Of a stretch of DNA of 64,000 nt, positions 25,736 through 39,042 are shown one piece after another. Source of the DNA: Podarcis bocagei (taxonomy: Eukaryota). The stretch lies in assembly GCA_964188305.1 (NCBI GenBank), contig OZ076886.1; one strand, given 5' to 3'. A program made the position numbers and the translations under genes. Position 1 is the first letter of the stretch. Each line of letters opens with the position of its first letter. The notes beneath the pieces were generated by a model. The model had not been told where the DNA came from, ran no database searches, and saw only the letters and a list, made by a program, of their open reading frames with translations.

Positions 25736-25763
25736 ATCAATGAATGCAGTTCTGCTACAACTA

Positions 25764-26051
<288 letters not shown>

Positions 26052-26115
26052 TTACAGCCTCCAATTGCTTCTCCCTGTGGCTCTGCCTGTCTGCAACTTC
26101 GTGAGCTGGCTCACT

Positions 26116-26379
26116 TAGAATCATAGAGTTGGAAGAGACCACAAGGGCCATCGAGTCCAACCCCCTGCCAAGCAGGAAACACCATCAGAGCACTCCTGAC
26201 ATATGGTTGTCAAGCCTCTGCTTAAAGACCTCCAAAGAAGGAGACTCCACCACACTCCTTGGCAGCAAATTCCACTGTCGAACAGCTCTTACTGTCAGGA
26301 AGTTCTTCCTAATGTTTAGGTGGAATCTTCTTTCTTGTAGTTTGGATCCATTGCTCTGTGTCCGCTTCTCTGGAGCAGC
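26116..26379 (-). mobile_element. CR1 LINE 3' end, little diverged
   Basis: [52 protein letters not shown] is the CR1 ORF2 C-terminus; ttccaac...tatgattcta tail. Confidence 0.92.
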
Positions 26380-26601
26380 CAAGTGAGTCTTGCCAAGGAC
26401 TTGCCACGTGAGTCAAGTCCCCGGATCCTCAAATGGCTTCAAGAGGATACTTTTACTATTGGTGATACTCATAAAAGTGGCATGTTCAAGAGGTGAACTA
26501 TTCCACCAGGCCACATTACTACTGTATGTAACTGAATTGTTTTTTGTTCCAGAAATGATGCTCCCTATAAAAAACAATGTTGCAAGTGTTGACCATGGCT
26601 A

Positions 26602-26874
<273 letters not shown>

Positions 26875-27043
26875 TTACTAAATGTGTCTTCTTAAAACAA
26901 AACAAAAACCTCCCCACAGCTCCCCCAAAATCAGATTTGCTGAAGAGGTTTGTATCAACCACTAGAAAGCTGTCTTACTCTATCCCCCCTTCTCTTAGTT
27001 GTTGGGTGCATCACTGAACTGACGACATTCAAAGCTTCTAGGG

Positions 27044-27179
27044 CAGGCATGGCCAAACTTGGCCCTCCAGCTGTTTTGAGACTACAATTCCCATCATCCC
27101 TGACCACTGGTCCTGCTAGCTAGGGATGGTGAGAGTTGTGGTCCCCAAATAGCTGGAGGGCCAAGTTTGACCATGCCTG
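27044..27179. mobile_element. Palindromic hAT-type MITE, copy 3 (intronic)
   Basis: TIR caggcatggccaaact / agtttgaccatgcctg; 8-bp TSD ttctaggg / ttcaaggg. Confidence 0.9.
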
Positions 27180-27618
27180 TTCAAGGGAGTCCCCAATGTC
27201 ATAAAACTCCCTTTCATCTATACTCTGGGTGTGAGGGATGACAACCTGTCTTCACCCTGAATGAGGAGCAGGTGAAAATCTACTTCCAAGTGCCACATAA
27301 GGCCTGGAAAACCGGTTTCCATGTTTTCCTAAACGTTTGGCTGAAACTCATGTGAGATGTGTCCTCCTAATTCATATGTGGGCCATGCACCTCACTTTGA
27401 AATCATGGCTTTGGGCATGATGCACTGCAGTGGCCAAACATGGCGTGCCATTGCATCTGTGGGCACGGGGACAGGTTGGAGCCCTCATACACAGGAATTT
27501 CACAAGTATATCTCCTTAGCTAACATATGAATCAATATTAGAGTGATTAGCATGGAGTCTCTCAACACTTCACATTCCACTACTCATTATATTTCATTTA
27601 ACAGCTATTCTCTTTTAC

Positions 27619-27689
27619 CTTATAGGTCTTCCAAACACTTTTGTATTTTCTTCACACCTCCTCAGTCCTTCTTCGTTAATAGAGAGAAC
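27619..27689 (-). CDS. SEC14L1: SEC14L1 coding exon 9 (VLSINEEGLRRCEENTKVFGRPIS)
   Basis: 71 nt, tag|GTT ... ATAAG|gtaaaa, phase 0/2; hand translation. Confidence 0.95.
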
Positions 27690-28867
27690 CTAAACATACA
27701 CACACACAAATGAGAAACAAGGATACTGCAGAGATGCTCTAGCAGAATAGCCATGGCGAAAATCGGGACAAAGAGAACTGCTTCTATCATCTCTGTTTTA
27801 CCTTTGAAAGGAGATAATAATCCCGTTCCTGCTTTCCCAATTCACTGGTTCTACAGACTTTTCTGATGTTCCCCTAACTTAATTTCTGCATTATGTTTCT
27901 GCTTTACCTTTGTCAGCAATAATAGAAAAAGCTACCCATCCTCATGTTTGGAAGTCTCAGAAACTGAACTGAGTCCCCCCCCCCCCATGTGGTAGGAATG
28001 TGAGGTAGGGGTGTGGGGGAGAGAGACTGGAGTAAGTATACAATTAAGAAAGACTTTAGAATATGAAATTCCTCTGGATAATGGAAGGCCTGGGCTAGGT
28101 GGGAGCAGCCAGAATTCTATATGCAGGGAAACTGGAGTTCTTTGTTATTTTATTCTAACAAAATGTGCTAGTTTGCCAATAATGTAACCCCCCTGCCCAC
28201 TTCATTAGTCCATTCTTGAATAGGTTACGTTATTGACAAAGAACAGGTATTTAATATTGTGGTAAGCTGGATTGATTGCATTAATATTCCACATTTTCTC
28301 CAAGGAGCTCAAAGTGACATACGTAGTTCTCCCCTCCTCTTTTAATCAGACAAGCTAAAACTGCTGCATGATAAAAAGTTGCAAGAGCTGGCCCAGGGAA
28401 AAACTACAGACCAAACTCCATAACCTTTTTGTCTGGCTATACCACAGGATGTTATGGGGCGAGGTAATATAGAGGACTGTTCTACTTCACAGTGGGGAAA
28501 TCACCTTTTTGCAAATCCCCATGCACACACTAGAAACCTGGCAAATGGGAAACAAGCTGGCTTAGAAACTCCCCCCTAATGTGCTTCTTTTCCCCCTTTG
28601 CATGCTGACATTTTTATTTTTAAAATGGGAACATTAGAAAAAAATAACCCACCACCTACAACCGGAGGTAATGCAAGCCACTCTATGACCTCAGGATTCC
28701 ACCACCTCACCTTCCTGCATATGTAAACCACAAAGTAAGACAACTCCACCCAACCCACAAAGAACAAAACAAAACTTCTGATATTCTGGCAGAACAGTGT
28801 GAAAAATGAACACAGATTGACGAGGCCAGCCACAGTGTGCTCATCTTTCTAATGCGAAGCAGAGCTA

Positions 28868-29146
<279 letters not shown>

Positions 29147-30015
29147 TTAACTCCACCACCTCATTAGGAACTTGTATTAGCAAGAATCCTGGGATGAAGG
29201 AGAGGGAGAAGCACACTTTGTATGTTCTCATTAACGTTGTAAGAAACAGGACAATGCTGGCAACTTGGCACAAAGCTATAAAAAATTAGGCTGCAGGACC
29301 AATTTAATGTATTGGTCAATATTATCTGAATAATTGCAGTTTCAGGCAGAACTGCCTTAGGAAAGCTTAACATTCCTACAGTCTGAGCTATTAATGGAAT
29401 GCAGCTAGATGAAAACCTAAAACTATTCTTTAACCCAAAGTGTGTGGCTTTGAGGATTGAATAAAATCTTTTATAAGTTTGTGAGAAAACTGTAGAAGCT
29501 TTAGTACTTGAAAGCAGAATACTTGGCATACACAAAAAAAGACAAAAGTTGCTGTGAGCCCCTTTAAAAGTTTAGGTATTTCACTTAAAGCACAACTTTA
29601 TGCAGTAAAGCGTTATTATTTTCCCCCCACCATGAAGGGTAGTTTTTTTATTTAATTTCTCAGAATACATTATTGCCAGCTTTTATTCTTTGAAGCACAG
29701 CTTTCAGGGGCCGAGTAATTTTAACAGTGGCAATATTTTGTTTAAAACACTATCTTTAGAAGCAGAGATAACAAACACGTCTCCTCGCTTGTTCCAACAA
29801 ATGCACACTGTGTGTGTCTTTTGGACCACGTTTCTGAAAACTATGCTTTCATGACTTCAATCCTGCCCGAATGATGCTTGAAAACAGCATAGTGATTCAG
29901 AAGCATTTTGTTCCTACCTCTGCAGGAATGTTCAAGGGACATTTTAAAAATCTACAGAGAACCTTTCCTATGGCCCCTTTTGCTACGCATACCAGCCAAA
30001 GTGAATAATGGGCTA

Positions 30016-30252
<237 letters not shown>

Positions 30253-30668
30253 TCAGCAAAAGGGGGCTGAAAGTTACAAACCAGCTGATTCCAAAGTTAT
30301 CTAAACGGTGGAGGTGAATTTTATTTGCTACTGAGCAATATCCATTTTACACCCTCAGAGCAGAAAACTGGGGCAGCTGCCTTGATTAGATTTAAATCTA
30401 CTCTGCATAAATAACTTGTTCTAGTATTTGCATTAATGTTTACACCCAGCTTTTGAGGCAAATTGCCAACCCAAGGTGGCTTATGGTATCTTTGATAAAA
30501 CAATAGTGTTATGTATTGCATGCTCTTTAGATGGTGCACATGAGTCAAAAGGAAGTTTCTCTTAGATAAGGCCGTCCCCATCCCTTTCACTCACGGAGAA
30601 CCAGGAAGACACCAGCAGTAGAGAACTAAAGAAGAAAAATAGCTATTGCCCACAAATGCAGGTTACAG

Positions 30669-30870
30669 CAGAGCTTTCCAAACTTTTCATGTTGGTAACA
30701 CACTTTTTAGACATGCATCATTTCGTGACACAGCAATTCAGTCTTACTAGCAAACCAGAGGTTAAAGTAATCCCTTTCCCTGGGAGGAGCACGAGGAGTG
30801 TTCATGTGACACACCTACACACTGCAGCCGACACACTAATGGGTCACGACACACAGATTGGAAAGCTCTT
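30669..30870. mobile_element. Non-autonomous hAT element
   Basis: TIR cagagctttccaa / ttggaaagctctt; exact 8-bp TSD ggttacag. Confidence 0.88.
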
Positions 30871-31103
30871 GGTTACAGTATCTCCACTTAGGTCTTTACA
30901 TCATGGTTGCAGGGATACAAGCATCAAGAGAACAGCAAAGAAAACTACTGAAGCCCTCTCTACAAATTCCATGAAATTTGGATAAGAAAAGATGGAGAAA
31001 GCAGAAAATAGTAAAATGGGGTATTGGTATGTTTTCTGCTATAGTATAGCTGTTAGACTTTTAGCAATTAATAGGAGGTAATCAGTAAAAGAAAGAGACT
31101 CGT

Positions 31104-31106
<3 letters not shown>

Positions 31107-31146
<40 letters not shown>
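31107..31146. repeat. (CA)n microsatellite
   Basis: Seen directly. Confidence 0.95.
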
Positions 31147-31151
<5 letters not shown>

Positions 31152-31682
31152 AAAAATAGGATTAAAAATCTGAATGAGATTCCCAATAGCACTTGTCAGT
31201 TTACCCCCTTTTGTGGACAATGACCACAGCACAGCACACTTTGCCATTCACAGCATTGCTGTTCATGTGCCCCAAGAGGGAAAAAAGCAAGCTGGGAAGT
31301 TTTTGAACACTTTGTAAGAAAGTTTGTTATTCCTTTGCTCTATCTGTGTTAAACTATAACTGACTTACAATGCCATCCTGAAAAACAGTACTTTATGCCA
31401 CTTTCAAGCAGACCAGAGTGAAAATGTGTGTTAAAGAGATGAACAGCTAGAGCGGGGTGTGAGAAAATAGCAAATCAAAGCTGTGAGGAGATTTTTGTTC
31501 AAAAAAAAAAATCAGATGGAAATGTCATCGTTCTTTAGTTTAATCCACAGAAAAATGGGTACAATCAGGCAAGACATTTAAGAGACGAGAAGGGAAATGG
31601 CAAACACTCAAGGGTTTTGCAGTGAACTGGATAACAGAGTTAAGCCGGGATACATCTGCAGTGAAGATCAAGCCACTAAGTA

Positions 31683-32045
31683 TCGTATTTTTCGCTCTAT
31701 AACACGCACAAGACCATAACACGCACGTAGCTTTTAGAGGAGGAAAACAAGAAAAAAATATTCTAAACAAAACAGTGGATGTATGATTTTTGTGGTTCAT
31801 GCTGTGGCCACAGACGTGATCTGACGGTGAGTTTGGGGTAGCCCAATGCAAAAATCCTGAGGATCCATGTGGATCCATGCTAAAGTCGCCCTAAAGTCGC
31901 AGGGGCGCTGGGGGAGTGAACGGGAAGCAGGAGGAGGAGAACAATCCCTCTCACACACACAAACACACAGAGTATCAATCCTAAAGTCGCAGGAGAGGCA
32001 GGGGCGCTGGGAGTGGGAAGCAAGAGAAGGAGAACGATCCCCCCC

Positions 32046-32087
<42 letters not shown>

Positions 32088-32673
32088 TATCAATCCGATA
32101 GTCGCAGGAGAGCGTAGGGGCTGGGAGTGGGAAGCAAGAGAAGGAGAACGATCCCCCCCACACACACACAGAGTATCAATCCTAAAGTCGCAGGAGAGCG
32201 CAGGGGCGCTGGGAGAGTGAACAGGAAGCAAGAGGAAAACGATGCCACACACACACACACACAGCCCCTACAGTGGCTAATCCAAAATCGGACAGCAAAA
32301 AACTGCAGGCAGGGACAGAGCACGGGGTTGTTTTAAAGCAGCCAACCCCGCTCTGCTTCTCTCCCTCCTCCCGGCTAGGCTGGCTGAAAAGCTTTGCTGC
32401 TACTTAGCAGCTCAGTGGAGAGGAGAGAGGGACAGAGAGCACGGGGTTGTTTTAAAGCAGCCAACCCCGCTCTGCTTCTCTCCCTTCTCCCCGGCTAGGC
32501 TCGCTGACAGGAGCCGCTTACACCCGCTTTGCAGTTTCAAAGAGAGCCACGGACTGCTCACAACTGCAGCGGATTCCCCTGCCATCCGTAGGCATTCGCT
32601 CCATAACACGCACAGACATTTCCCCTTACTTTCTAGGAGGAAAAAACTGCGTGTTATAGAGCGAAAAATACGG
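31683..32673. mobile_element. Non-autonomous pogo/Tc2-like DNA transposon (991 bp) with internal minisatellite
   Basis: TIR cgtatttttcgctctataacacgca / tgcgtgttatagagcgaaaaatacg; TA on both sides; no transposase ORF. Confidence 0.88.
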
Positions 32674-34167
32674 TAAATATTGGGAAAGTAATTAAGGAGA
32701 TTTTGGTTGTATGGCAGATAGCATAAAAATAAGCAGGTTTGAAAGAAAGAGCACTAGTACTTACAAATCTGTTGGAACAAAATACAGCCCAGATTTTGAA
32801 AATATAATCAACTTTTGGCCTCTACATCAGAAAATTACTTAAGAGTGGTGAGAGGTAATGCTTGAAGCATCCTTTTTTTTTCTTTCTGCTAATGGAGCCA
32901 AATAAAATCAGACATTCTAGATGCTAAGATGACATAATCATGATTTAAAAGTGATTTAAACTGAGCTTCTGCCCTATAGCTCCGAAGATAATATTAGGCT
33001 AGAGAAAATGACCATGTCTAAATCTTGGATGGAAACTGGAAGCTGTAGGAGTGAACAAGCTGACTTACGATAGAAGGAAAGTGCAAGAAAGAAACTTAAG
33101 GAAACACAAAAAACACAGGTCGGTGTGAATAAACCACCACATTGGGGAGCAGAGGGGCAAAGAAACTTTGCAAGCTGGTGAGGCGGGGGGGGGGGGGGTG
33201 TGCTACGTTGATTTTGAAAACAAATGATGGAAAGTTAGAATGAACCACAATCCATTTTAAGTAGCACATCCACACCAAGAGATCAGGGCACAATGTGGCT
33301 TCTAATGTAGAGCTGGAAGCTTTGGATTCAAGTTGAGTTTAGGTACTTACTATGTGGGAAGCTCCCTTCAAACTTAGGGTAGCTTCGTGTGCTATACAGC
33401 AACAAATACATATTTACCACTAGTGGGGTACATTCCTTGAGCAGCCACAGCTATTCACAATTCGCTGGATCACGTTGTGCCCATCTCTTTCCTATGCGAA
33501 GTTTTCTCCCTAAACTTCAGACTTAGAACTGAAGTAAGCTAACTTTTATTTTAAATAGCTTACTCTTGAAGTACTGGCTGTGGAAGGCGGGGAGAACAAA
33601 ACAGGAAATTGGAATTTGGCTGTTGCGGTATTGCAGGAAAGATGTATTTGCATGTCTAACTGGCCTTTAGCTTTTATGCTAGTCATATAATCTCAGTGCA
33701 ACATTCCATGAATTACGGACCACCTGCCCAAGCGTGCAGTCTTGCATGCTTTCAAACTATCTATGCTGTGAGAAAGGCATGGCAGTGGTTAATGGAGGAA
33801 TGTCGTTAACAGGAGCCTCCTTGCAAGGAACTAAATCAATCTCCAAGCAGGACACAGTAAAACTGGTTAATTTGTTGACATTTCAATTTTATGCTTCTAC
33901 AATACATAACCTTTAGCATATATGAAAGGATATCTAGGCTACCAAGCCAAAGCTTTGTTTTCTTTAAGTATAAAAGCATCTGGTCTCTGCACTCTGGGAA
34001 GTAGATTTAAAGATTAGACTTTACAGCACACAGAAAAACTAAAAGGTATCAGGTTCAAACTAGTTCAAGGCCATCTTATGTAAAAATGTCCATTCCCTTG
34101 GATGGATTATTGACATGCTGCCAGACCATCTTGCATGCTGTGCACTTTTCCGATGAACGGGAAGTCA

Positions 34168-34311
<144 letters not shown>

Positions 34312-34769
34312 TTACACAAATGCTATTAGAATCAATGATTGCTGGATCAATTAACAAATGGCTTTCAGTATACATTCTTCAAGTTGAAGCTCTGGCTTGT
34401 CCTTTTGCAGAGCAAGCTGCCATTTTTAATACATAGTTTGAAAAGAATGAAATGCTACTAGCTGAGCTGTTTTTCTTCCACCAGCTCCAGCTAGCCATCG
34501 CCCTAGTCAATAATGGGTGCCTTTCCCCCACTCAAAGTCTCTGTTAATAAAATGCAACCTACAGATTTTATATCTGAAAACATATCAGTGTACAGTTGTT
34601 TGTGCTATTTATGCTGTGCGGCCAAAATCATGAAGTTTGGCTACAGAAATTGAAGACATTTAGCACAGAAATAGAGATCCACCAACTCCTTGCTTAAACT
34701 ATAGCTGTTATATTAATGGAGACACACAAAATAACCCCAAAAGGCAGACAGGGCAGGCAAACAACGCAC

Positions 34770-35001
34770 CATCGGGTGTTCCAGCTGTGGGCTCTGATGC
34801 ATTGTTGCAATTGTTGATTTCCTTAGGGCTGAGTCCCTCCTTGGTGGTAGTTTCAGGTATGTTGATTGGAGGGGACAGTGGCCGCCTTACATGAGATGCA
34901 CCACGTTCAAAGGTAAATTTAGCCGGGGGACTCCAACGAGGAATATAATTAATTCCCTCCTCTTCTAGCTGATTCAAGTAGTACTCGATTATTTCTTTGC
35001 C
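34770..35001 (-). CDS. SEC14L1: SEC14L1 coding exon 5 (GKEIIEYYLNQLEEEG...AGTPD), end of PRELI domain plus linker
   Basis: 232 nt, tttcaaag|GGC ... GATG|gtgcgt, phase 0/1; inside ORF 34708..35013. Confidence 0.94.
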
Positions 35002-35767
35002 CTTTGAAAACAAGGCAATTCTTTAGTCAATGCACTTCTCTTTGGGCATAGGTTTTCAGAGAAAATTGCACTATTAGTTCTTCCTTATGTAAAACAAGAT
35101 GTAATCTAAGAAAGTGAGAGCCCTACTACACGCTTCTACATTTCAGCATCACCCACCCCCCAAGAGCATGAACTAGTTTAGAAAAGAATGAACCTATTTC
35201 TATGGTACTCAAAAGATACACCAACTCAAAAGTCACAAGGAGACCTAAGGCAATGCATTTGCCCACCGACTCCTTTTTGGCCAGGCATGGATACAGTTGG
35301 TCTGGGAAGCATGGAGCCCCCACTTTTGACGAAGGCAACTGAGCATCTCTACATACAGGTTAAAGCCTGGGCACAATAAGCTAGGCAACCTCCTATTTTT
35401 GACAAGTTGTTTTATTCTTGTGGGGAAACTTCTTCTAAAGTCGCATGCTGTTTGGCACAGTATGATTTAAAGCACTGCCAATCCAAGCCATGCTTGCAGT
35501 TGGGCAACTGCCTCTAGGGAGATAAAAAACAAAACAAAACACTATCTTTATTTACTTTGTTATAACAAAGAGTTTAAGCACCTATGACGCATTCCAGGAA
35601 CCGCATAATCAATTTTCAAATCACAAAGTCAGTGCACTCGCAGGCTCCTCTATTTGCAACAAGAGCAGATTAATCAATATTGTCTAAATAAGAATGCACC
35701 ATTCATAGAGGACAAGAGCAGCCACCAATAAAGCCGAACCTGGCCGGACAAATCCCAAATGGGCTCA

Positions 35768-36007
<240 letters not shown>

Positions 36008-37483
36008 TCAAGTATCACAAGAGATTCTGAAGTACAGCATACAATGTTCTTTTTTAGTGCAGCCAACTGGCGTGCTCACCAATGCACAACACAACTAAGC
36101 TTTAGTTTAAAGCTGCACCACTATGTAATGTAAACCACAGTGGCTTAAGACTGCCAATGTACTTTGGTCAAGGACTTAGGTTTTAAAATAGTAATCGACC
36201 TAAGTGGGCTCTGTAAAGCTCATGTTTATGAGTTTTCAGTTCTCTTGGTTTTTAGTCCCATTTCAAGATCCAAAAAGGCAAGACACATGTGTAATCCCTG
36301 CATTTCAGCAGAACTATTCCAAGTATTCACATTCAAGTTATTGGTGCAACTCTTTGCTAGTTTCTCAGCATGGCTTCCACCATCACAGAAGTCAACTTTT
36401 CTCAATTCCTGTCACAAATCACACAAGTCATCCTGAAAACTGCCACAGAGAAAGGAATTGCTGTGTATTGTCTAACTCAAGGCATAAGGAATTTAACAGC
36501 CTGTTCCTGTGCAGACGTAGGCATTCCTACATTCACTGGAGTTTATTAATTAGGCTAATATAACTCTGCATATGGCAAGGCTGAAAGCAGAGATCTGGCA
36601 CATTTAACTTGGGCAGGCAACTCCTGGACTTTGCTAAATTAATTCTACTTGGAAAATTATGACTGATTATGGTGGATGCCTTCAAAGTAATTCTAGAGGA
36701 ATATTAAATGTTTGGAATTAGCAGCCAGAATTTAAATTGGGTTTTAGTATTCAAAATGCCACACACTACTCCTATTTCTTCTTAGCAGCTAAGAGCTTTT
36801 ATGGCTGCTGCGATGTTGTCACCTCTCTGAAGAGAAGCAGCAGCCTAAAACCCCCTTATCATTGAAGAAATTGAATTGCTAGCTCTAGATTTTTCAGCTC
36901 TTTAAAAGAAAAAGAAGGGAAAAAAGCAGACAGTGAGCATAGGCTTGATTTATATGCCTATTTCCCCTGGTATTTAGATTTTCCTGTTGGCAAGAATGTG
37001 GAAACTTATGCATGCAACAGAGTTCTTTACCTTGCTTTGATTGTCTGCTTTTCCTAAAAAAATAAATCATGGCTGTCTGCAAGTTTAAAAGACACTGGGA
37101 CAAGAACTTGTCGGCTCACCCGCATCATATCCTATGCCCTGGCACTACATACTATCAAGTAGGAGTCTGAACACCTGCTAGCACCCGTGCAGACTTAAAT
37201 CAGAATGAAAATGAAGTGTTCTGAACACATGCCAGTCCTAACATATTCAATATGTTTGTACTGCCTGAGCACAGAATGTTAAATATGACTAGATCTGATA
37301 TTTCAGTGTTGTGGGATTCTGTCCAAAACAAGAAAATTCCCAAAAGCCGTTACAAGTTACCCAGCTCAAAAATGCCAGCAAAATATGTGCAGCATTAAAC
37401 TTTCTTATTGAAGGAAAAGCCAAAGTGCAAACCTCCACTGAAGGCCCCAAAGGCTTAAACCACACCAACCTGCCTTGACTCAC

Positions 37484-37615
37484 CGTGTAACAGCAGTGTT
37501 CATTAATGACGACCCTATTTGAGAAAGTCTCATTGTGGGCCTCTATGTGCAAAGTGCGGTCTCTTCTGTTCAGTGAGTTCTTCTGGATGAAGTAAACATA
37601 ATCAACCCCTGCAAT
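37484..37615 (-). CDS. SEC14L1: SEC14L1 coding exon 3 (IAGVDYVYFIQKNSLNRRDRTLHIEAHNETFSNRVVINEHCCYT)
   Basis: 132 nt, cag|ATT ... ACG|gtgagt; inside ORF 37289..37684; preceded by a 100-nt intron. Confidence 0.96.
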
Positions 37616-37706
37616 CTGAGAGAAGGGAAGAGGCAAAGTTAAACTGGAGTAGCAGCAGCCTTGCAGACAGCTATCCAGGCCCATCTATTCAGGCCAACCA
37701 TTGTTA

Positions 37707-37901
<195 letters not shown>

Positions 37902-38981
37902 TTACAAGACTCTCCAGATAGCATTGTAATATATCTGAGTTAAAGCTGATCACGACCCGTTGCATTTTCTTCAAGTTGTTAAAATAATTAAAGGATGATG
38001 ATTTGTGCATTTCAAGTATCTACCAACAACAGTATGTGGCACTAGCAGGCTCGGAGTCTAATTTTCACTCCTTGTGAAAGCTCTCCAGGCGACTCTCGAA
38101 AGTACTTCCCCAGAGGCTAGTAAAGACTTTCAAGGTCTGTTCCTTGCAATAATAGCTCTCCCCAAGCACAATAGCTACATTCATGTAATGACTGCAATGT
38201 GCCATTACCAGACTATACTTGTGCCTAAGAACTTAATGCCTTTTATTAAGTTACTCACACAGCAATGTCCTCAGTTCAGCTAAACAAAGAACATGGTCAC
38301 AGCATCCATAAACCTTCGAATCGCCCCCAAAATGGTACTGCATTTCAAGGAAAAAACCAGAAAACTCCAAAAGACAAGCTCCACGGGTTGGAATCCCTGA
38401 ACACAGACTGACAAACTGTTTTGCATTCCCTATTCTCAGGGCCTCACTTTAAGCAGAGAGAACAGTTGTGTTGTGTACATGTATCCAATATTATTCTCCC
38501 ATAATGCCCTTATTCTCCCATAATGCCCAATTACAGAATCAGGGCTTTTTTTCTGTCCCATTTTACTTTATTTCACAGTGGACTGTTTCATGGAGATGTC
38601 AGGAGAAGAGATGGGGATTCTATGGGCTGGAAGAACAAACATGCAGCTGAAAACAACAGGGAAGGTGGCTGAATTGTTAAACTGATACCCTTTCCCATCT
38701 CTCATGGCAACATATTTACTCAAGAGAAACATGCATTCACCCTAAAGGAATTGATCTGAGAGAGGAATAAGGAAGTAGAAGCATTACTACCATTGCCTGT
38801 AAGGGAAATAGAGTCTTAAAATGGCAGCCTGGCTAGAATGGCCAGACTAGGGACCCAGCTGCAACAGCAGGGGCATGCAGGCATGATGTCCAGGGCACAG
38901 ATTGATTTAGGCCTAGTTCTGACTTAGTTGGTTAAACAGTGTCCAGTTTGTACTGCTTCAGACTGCAAGTGGATGCTCCTC

Positions 38982-38990
38982 TGTGTGTGT

Positions 38991-39039
<49 letters not shown>
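38982..39039. repeat. (TG)6(CG)4(CA)n compound microsatellite
   Basis: Seen directly. Confidence 0.95.

Positions 39040-39042
<3 letters not shown>

Noticed and set aside
31540-32609. Cluster of ORFs with repeated peptides
   Set aside because: Translation of the minisatellite inside a non-autonomous transposon; no transposase motifs.
38791-38796. Possible 6-nt in-frame microexon (cccttacag|GCAATG|gtagta, minus strand)
   Set aside because: Weak donor, and such patterns occur by chance in a 10-kb intron; needs junction reads.
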